This document shows positions 58,225-64,000 of a DNA stretch of 64,000 nucleotides, piece by piece. This DNA comes from Candidatus Yanofskybacteria bacterium CG10_big_fil_rev_8_21_14_0_10_36_16 (lineage in GTDB: Bacteria; Patescibacteriota; Minisyncoccia; 2-02-FULL-40-12; IGHO2-01-FULL-4-A). The notes beneath the pieces are model-generated. The model saw only the letters and a program-made list of their open reading frames with translations, was not told where the DNA came from and searched no databases. Location: the NCBI GenBank assembly GCA_002794035.1, contig PCXQ01000003.1:19451-83450 (forward strand). Reading direction: 5' to 3'. Each line of letters begins with the position of its first letter. The first letter of the stretch is position 1. A program made the position numbers and the translations under genes.

Positions 58225-58268
58225 AAAACCCCGCCTTGTCTGCCTGTCGGCAGTCTGGCGGGGTTTTG
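58225..58268 (+). terminator. rRNA transcription terminator with an internal ctgcc..ggcag hairpin
   Basis: aaaaccccgcc-ttgtctgcctgtcggcagtct-ggcggggtttt. Confidence 0.75.
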
Positions 58269-58324
58269 TGATTTTTGGTATGCTTGTCCCTTGCTTTATA
58301 ATATAAGGTGAGAGGTTCAAAAAT

Positions 58325-58831
58325 ATGTCGAAGCAAAACATCTATTTAATTTTAAACAGCATAAGAAGCGCATATAATGTGGGCTCTATTTTTAGGACTG
58401 CTGATGGTGCAGGAGTAGATAAAATTTTTTTGTGTGGAATTACTCCAACACCGGATGTGGATATTTTTGGTAAGGGTGCGAGTTCTCAAATTGCAAAAAC
58501 AGCATTAGGGGCTGAAAAAATTTTAGAATGGCATTATGAAAAGCAAAGTTGGCGTTTGTTGAAAAAATTAAAAGAAGAAGGATTTAGAATTGTTGCTCTT
58601 GAACAAACACCGCAAAGTAAAAATTTATTTTCTGCCGAAGGCAGATCCGTCTTCGGCAGAAAAAACTCCATAGTGCTTGTGGTTGGTAACGAAGTTAATG
58701 GTTTAAGCTCTAAAATTTTAGAGTATGTTGATGATATAATAGAAATACCGATGCATGGCAGTAAGGAATCTTTGAATGTTAGTGTTGCTACAGGCATAGC
58801 TTTGTATAAGTTGAGAGAATTTTTAAAATAG
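58325..58831 (+). CDS. SpoU/TrmH-family RNA methyltransferase
   Basis: IRSAYNVGSIFRTAD, KTALGAE, VGNEVNG, IPMHG-KESLNVSVA. Confidence 0.92.
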   Translation: MSKQNIYLILNSIRSAYNVGSIFRTADGAGVDKIFLCGITPTPDVDIFGKGASSQIAKTALGAEKILEWHYEKQSWRLLKKLKEEGFRIVALEQTPQSKNLFSAEGRSVFGRKNSIVLVVGNEVNGLSSKILEYVDDIIEIPMHGSKESLNVSVATGIALYKLREFLK

Positions 58832-58953
58832 GCCAATTTTTAATTTCTAATTTTGCAATTTTTAGATAATTTTTAATTTTCAAACTATTATTTTGCTGTT
58901 ATTATTTTAAAAATTAATTTATTTAAAATTTAATGAAAATTATAAATTAAAAA

Positions 58954-60723
58954 TTGAAAATTATTAAATTAGTGTTTTCAAAAATAAAAAAAATACCTCT
59001 GCCTGTTTTAATAGGCCTTTTTGTTTTTATATCAATTCATCTTTTGTTGGTGTCTAAAACGTTTTATGTAGATTCAGGTAATAATATTCATACAACCATT
59101 GCGGGGTATGGTGATACTGCTTTGCACATGACACAGATAAGCAAGTTCGCTTTTAGCAACATTACAAACTTATCGGAACCTATTTTTTATGGTGAAAAAT
59201 TAAATTACCCTTTTGCCATTAATTTTTTAAGTGCGATGTTTTTGCGTATGACTGGGGATTGGACATTTTCTTTCCTTGCCCCAGCTTTATTTTTTGCTTT
59301 TGTTAATACACTTCTTGCTTTTTGGATTTATAATATTTTTTTTCAAAATAAAAGTAAGTGGGCATTCGTTGGTCTTCTCGTTTTCTTTTTAGGTTCTGGT
59401 ATGGGCGGTTGGAATTATATTTTGGACATTAACAATTATAACTATTCACCATTTGGTTTTATTGAAGGATTAACGAAGGGTATGGCTACAACTGTAGGCC
59501 GTTGGGATGCGGTTTGGCCTGAACAAAACATTGGCTTTGGCTTGCCTTTATCTCTGGGGTTTATTCATCAAAGAGCTTTTTTTGCGGGATTTTTTGGTTT
59601 TTTGGTAATGTTCCTGCTTTTACTTAAGGGTATTAGAACTGAAAAAACAAAATATTATATTGGCGCAGGTTTGGCTTTGGGGTTTTTGCCAATACTACAC
59701 GCCCATTCTTTTGTGGCTGCATTAATTTCAGTTTTTGCTTTAGGAATAACTTTTTTAATAACAAACAAAAAAGAAAATTTAAAAAAGATTGCAACGGTAT
59801 TTGTTATTGGAGCAATAGTGAGTTTACCTCAGCTTTATTATGTTTTTGACATAGGAGCCAAAACCGCCACAACTGGATTTTTAGAACCTCGCCTTGGGTG
59901 GATGATAAATTCTGCACGTGGAGCAGCTCAGTTTCCTATTAACCAGCAGGCAACAATATTTAATTTTTCTTATCTTAAATTTGTTTGGGTAAATTTCGGT
60001 GTTATTTTGCCGGCATTTTTTATTTTTGTTTTGATCTTACTTTCAAAGCCAAAGTTGTTTGGAAGAGATAATTTTTTAATAATATTCTTTGCTTTAACTG
60101 CATCCTTGTTGTTTGCAATAGTTCAAACAATAAAATTTCAACCATGGGATTATGACAATAATAAACTTCTTGTTTATTTTCAATTTTTTTCAGTACCAGT
60201 CATTATTTTAATGTTTAAAAAATTGTATGAGCAAAAAAAGAAATTAGGTATAGCAGTACTTTCTATTTTTCTTTTGTTTGCGCTTTTTTCTGGTTTTATT
60301 GATTTAATTCCTCGTTTGGCAATAAATAAAAATTCTTTGCCTATAATTTTTAATAGTGATTCTCAAAAAATTGCCGAATATATTAAAATAAATGCATCTG
60401 AAGACGAAATAATATTAACAGGCACCACTCATTTAAATCCCGTAAATGCTTTGGCAGGGAGATCGGTTCTTGTTGGCTATCCGGGCTGGCTTTGGACAAG
60501 AGGTTTGGATTATAAAAAAAGGCTTAGAGAAGTAGCAGAATTTTACAAAAATCCTTCAGTAAGCAAAGATATAATTTTAGAATATCAGCCAGCCCTTATT
60601 TTGTTTGATCCTTATGTGGTTGAAGATTATTCTGCAGACAAAAAAGTTTTTGACGATAATTTTGAAAAAGTGTTTGAAAGCGGAGATTTTATTTTATATA
60701 AAAATAGTACTTTTACTAAATAG
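58954..60723 (+). CDS. Polytopic membrane protein, probable GT-C glycosyltransferase
   Basis: Many TMs, GDTALH..YPF in the first loop, C-terminal LAGRSVLVGYPGWLWTRG; paralog of 62165-63937. Start codon uncertain. Confidence 0.7.
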   Translation: MKIIKLVFSKIKKIPLPVLIGLFVFISIHLLLVSKTFYVDSGNNIHTTIAGYGDTALHMTQISKFAFSNITNLSEPIFYGEKLNYPFAINFLSAMFLRMTGDWTFSFLAPALFFAFVNTLLAFWIYNIFFQNKSKWAFVGLLVFFLGSGMGGWNYILDINNYNYSPFGFIEGLTKGMATTVGRWDAVWPEQNIGFGLPLSLGFIHQRAFFAGFFGFLVMFLLLLKGIRTEKTKYYIGAGLALGFLPILHAHSFVAALISVFALGITFLITNKKENLKKIATVFVIGAIVSLPQLYYVFDIGAKTATTGFLEPRLGWMINSARGAAQFPINQQATIFNFSYLKFVWVNFGVILPAFFIFVLILLSKPKLFGRDNFLIIFFALTASLLFAIVQTIKFQPWDYDNNKLLVYFQFFSVPVIILMFKKLYEQKKKLGIAVLSIFLLFALFSGFIDLIPRLAINKNSLPIIFNSDSQKIAEYIKINASEDEIILTGTTHLNPVNALAGRSVLVGYPGWLWTRGLDYKKRLREVAEFYKNPSVSKDIILEYQPALILFDPYVVEDYSADKKVFDDNFEKVFESGDFILYKNSTFTK

Positions 60724-60746
60724 ATATTCAATATATACTTAAAAAT

Positions 60747-62174
60747 ATGATAGATTTTAATAAAATTTCGACTAAGCATTACATAATTATTCTTTTGGTT
60801 GTGAGTTTTGCTGTGCACTTAATTTACTTCGGATATCCAAACAGTGTTGTTTTTGATGAGGTGCATTTTGGTAAATTCGTAAGTAATTATTTATCGGGTG
60901 AGTATTATTTTGATATACATCCTCCGTTGGGAAAACTTTTAATTTCCGGAGTCGCTAAGCTTGTTGGTTTTGAGCCCGACTTTGACTTTGCTTCAATTGG
61001 CGATGAGTTTCCTAATAGTCTTTATATATGGTTGCGTCTTTTGCCTACTATTGCCGGTATTATATTGTCTGTGGTTATTTTTCTTTTGGCTATGAAGTTG
61101 GGATTATCACCCATCATGTCTTTTGTTGCGGGTATTTTAGTTTCTTTAGATAACCTATTTCTGGTTCAATCACGTTTCATACTTCTGGATCTTTTTCTTG
61201 TTTTGTTTGGCTTCCTTTGTTTACTATTTTATTTTTATTTTAAAGATTTAGGTAAATATAGATACTTATTGTTGTCTGGGTTGTTTGGCGCTTTGTCATT
61301 TTCTGTTAAATGGACTGGAGCCACTTTTCTAGCCATGGTTATCTTTTTGTATGCAATAGATTTATATAGGTATAGAAAGGTAAGTATTTTACAGGGTATA
61401 TTTTCCAAAAGAACTTTATGGTTAGAAAATTTAGCTAGGGGAATAGGAGCATTAATTGTTTTGCCAGCATTAATTTATTTTTTGATTTTTTATTTGCATT
61501 TTGCTCTTTTATCAAAGTCAGGAACTGGAGATGCTTTTATGACCCCGGAATTTAGAAAGACCTTGGTTGGCAGTAGGGAGTATGGCAATCCTGAAATATC
61601 ACCGAAAAACATTGTGGGTAAGTTTGCCGAGATTAATGTTCAGATGTATAAATCAAATTCAGGTCTGTCGGCAACACACCCCTATTCTAGCAAATGGTAT
61701 TCTTGGCCATTAATGACAAAGCCTATTTTTTATTGGTCTGGTGATACTGAGGATCCCTCTACGCATTCAAGAATTTATCTTATGGGTAATCCTGCGATTT
61801 GGTGGACCTCAACAATTGTTGTTTTGATTTTTTCTTTATTGTTTATTGTTAGATTTTTAAAACATGGTTGGCTGGGATTTAAAATTCAAAAAACTCCGGC
61901 ATTTCTTCTAGGTGGATATTTCTTTAATTTGCTACCCTTTGCTTTAATTGGCCGTGTTCTTTTTCTATATCATTATATGAGTTCTTATATTTTCGCTATT
62001 TTGATTACGGTTTATATGCTTGATCAAAAGCCTGTTGATCAAAAAATTAACTGGTCGCTAGTTTTTGTAGGATTTGCCATTTCCTTTTTTATCTATTTTG
62101 CTCCTCTTTCATATGGGACACCACTTAATGAAGGAGCTTACAATGTTAGGGTTTGGTTGTCTACATGGCGTTAA
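60747..62174 (+). CDS. Protein O-mannosyltransferase (PMT/GT39) family
   Basis: VVFDEVHFGKF, FDIHPPLGK, SRFILLD, VKWTG, HPYSSKWYSWP, GNP, R-LFLYHY. Confidence 0.9.
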   Translation: MIDFNKISTKHYIIILLVVSFAVHLIYFGYPNSVVFDEVHFGKFVSNYLSGEYYFDIHPPLGKLLISGVAKLVGFEPDFDFASIGDEFPNSLYIWLRLLPTIAGIILSVVIFLLAMKLGLSPIMSFVAGILVSLDNLFLVQSRFILLDLFLVLFGFLCLLFYFYFKDLGKYRYLLLSGLFGALSFSVKWTGATFLAMVIFLYAIDLYRYRKVSILQGIFSKRTLWLENLARGIGALIVLPALIYFLIFYLHFALLSKSGTGDAFMTPEFRKTLVGSREYGNPEISPKNIVGKFAEINVQMYKSNSGLSATHPYSSKWYSWPLMTKPIFYWSGDTEDPSTHSRIYLMGNPAIWWTSTIVVLIFSLLFIVRFLKHGWLGFKIQKTPAFLLGGYFFNLLPFALIGRVLFLYHYMSSYIFAILITVYMLDQKPVDQKINWSLVFVGFAISFFIYFAPLSYGTPLNEGAYNVRVWLSTWR

Positions 62175-63937
62175 ATTTTATTATTAATTTTCTAAAAAAA
62201 AATTTAAATAACAACAAAAAATATCTACCAGTTTTGCTGGTATTGATTTTTGCCATATTTCATACGTTTCTTGCTTCAAAGACTTTTAGTATTGATGATA
62301 ATGGTAATATACGAACCGCATTTGCTGCATTTGGAGATATACCTCTTCATATGACACAGGTTACTAAATTTGGTCTCAATGATTTAGATGATCTTAATGA
62401 ACCCATATATGCAGGCAGTAAATTAAAATACCCTTTCATAATTAATTTTTTTAGTGGTTTTTTGTTGAGAATTACCGGTAATCTTACATTTGCTATGCTT
62501 GTTCCTGTGTTTGTTCTTATAATTTTAAATGTTTTCATTGTATATTTAATATATAAAAAATTTACGGGTGGCAGGTGGCTAGCTTTGTTTGCTCTTTTAT
62601 TTTTCTTTTTAGGTTCTGGTTTGGGTGCGTGGTCTCATCTTCAGCATGCATTTGACAATAGTATGTCTTTGTCTGAATTTAATAATTATCTTTTAAGCAA
62701 CAATATAGCTACTGCGGTAAAGAACGATGCTGTTTACCCCGAACAAAATATTGGTTTTGGGGCACCGTTATCAATGTCCTTTCTTCATCAGCGCACATTT
62801 TTGCTTGGGCTCTTTGGTTTTTTGCTTTTTTTCTTATTAATAAATGTTAAGACAGATGATTTGAAGAAAAAACAAAGATGGATTTGGGCAGGTATTGTTC
62901 TCGGTGCTTTGCCCATGGCCCATGCTCATAGCTTTATTGCAACGGGCATTGTTCTTGGTTTGTCTTTGTTTGTTGCTCTTATAAATAAGAATTGGCAGCG
63001 CTTTAAATTTTTGTTTGCGATTGCAATGATTGCTTTCGTTATTGCATTGCCTCAGGTGTGGTATTTGATAGGAGACAATGATTCTTTTGGGGAGGATTCC
63101 GGTTTTATGCATTTACGAGTTGGCTGGATGACCGAGCCTTCTACGGGGTCTATTAGATATCCCGAAGGAATAGAACCCACAATTTGGCATACGGCATTTT
63201 TAAAATTTTTATGGGTAAATTTCGGTGTTATTTTGCCGGCATTTTTTGTTGCTGCTGTTTATGTTTTTTGGCCACGACAAATCAATAGCGTATACGGGAT
63301 TAAAAAAATGCGTTATTTTGCCTTGTTTGGACTCATGTTGTTTTTAGTGGTTCAATTTATAAAGTTTCAGCCGTGGGATTACGACAATAATAAACTGCTA
63401 GTTTATTGGCAGTTTTTTACAGCCGGTCTTTTAATGATGTTATTGGGTCGTATATATGAAAAGAAAAAGATTTTAGGCGTTGTTCTAACCTCAGTGTTTT
63501 TAGTCGCAGTTCTTGGTTCTGGTGTTGTCGACATGATTCCAAGAGCTATGGCTAATGGAGAATCTTTGTATGTAATATTTAACCTAGATGCCAGAAAAAT
63601 GGCTGAATACATCCATCTTAATATTCCAGAAAGTGAGATTATATTAACAGGAACTGCACACCTTAATCCGGTGAATTCTTTAGCTGGCAGAGAAGTTTGG
63701 GTTGGCTATCCAGGATGGCTTTGGACAAGAGGGATAAATTATAGTGACAGAATAAGGGATGTTAAAAATTTTTATACTGATCCGATTAGTGGTAAGTATT
63801 TTGTTGAGAAAGAAAACATTAACTATGCCTTATTTGATAATAGTGTCGTTTATGATTTTAATGCTAATAAGGAGATTTTTGATCAAAATTTTAGAAAAGT
63901 GTTTGAATCTGGAAGCTATACACTTTATGAGTTATGA
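62165..63937 (+). CDS. Polytopic membrane protein, probable GT-C glycosyltransferase (paralog)
   Basis: GDIPLHMTQ, YPF, PEQNIGFG, FQPWDYDNNKLL and GYPGWLWTRG shared with 58954-60723. Confidence 0.7.
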   Translation: MALNFIINFLKKNLNNNKKYLPVLLVLIFAIFHTFLASKTFSIDDNGNIRTAFAAFGDIPLHMTQVTKFGLNDLDDLNEPIYAGSKLKYPFIINFFSGFLLRITGNLTFAMLVPVFVLIILNVFIVYLIYKKFTGGRWLALFALLFFFLGSGLGAWSHLQHAFDNSMSLSEFNNYLLSNNIATAVKNDAVYPEQNIGFGAPLSMSFLHQRTFLLGLFGFLLFFLLINVKTDDLKKKQRWIWAGIVLGALPMAHAHSFIATGIVLGLSLFVALINKNWQRFKFLFAIAMIAFVIALPQVWYLIGDNDSFGEDSGFMHLRVGWMTEPSTGSIRYPEGIEPTIWHTAFLKFLWVNFGVILPAFFVAAVYVFWPRQINSVYGIKKMRYFALFGLMLFLVVQFIKFQPWDYDNNKLLVYWQFFTAGLLMMLLGRIYEKKKILGVVLTSVFLVAVLGSGVVDMIPRAMANGESLYVIFNLDARKMAEYIHLNIPESEIILTGTAHLNPVNSLAGREVWVGYPGWLWTRGINYSDRIRDVKNFYTDPISGKYFVEKENINYALFDNSVVYDFNANKEIFDQNFRKVFESGSYTLYEL

Positions 63938-64000
63938 TGTTGCCTAATAAATTGTTAGAAAAAAAGCTTTTTAGGCAGGGATATAAACATATTATCGCTG

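Noticed and set aside
61750-61775. DPSTHS peptide in the PMT as a repeat-derived insertion
   Set aside because: Nucleotide similarity to the REP-like units is too weak to support.

Overview
A chromosomal segment of an AT-rich, reduced-genome bacterium. Gene content, a standalone and divergent 16S rRNA gene and the repeat types point to Patescibacteria/CPR (Parcubacteria-like); this is inference. Housekeeping genes include murB, an XRE-HTH-murA fusion, cca, pth, lepB, hisS-HIT-rpsU-yqeY-ybeY, ftsA, ftsZ, nrdJ, split comEC, ndk, secDF, a VirD4/TraD-like ATPase pair, lon, parAB, topA, dprA, rpsP-khpA-trmD and a GT-C/PMT glycosyltransferase cluster. Five tRNAs are present. No CRISPR array, transposase or integrase was seen. 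Main unexplained signals: (1) a 59-nt RNA before trmD with its own promoter, a tRNA-Ala-type acceptor helix (G3-U70, ACCA end) and no canonical D, anticodon or T arms; (2) two translation-initiation regimes, with core genes leaderless or SD-less and about ten orphan single-gene cassettes carrying Shine-Dalgarno sites, alongside a variant anti-SD (CCUUCU) in the 16S; (3) short palindromic elements that interrupt duplicated gene ends (tRNA-Lys, tRNA-Arg, trmD), insert in frame into proteins and sit on -35 boxes; (4) further candidate structured RNAs. All calls were made by eye from the sequence and the ORF track, with no database searches.
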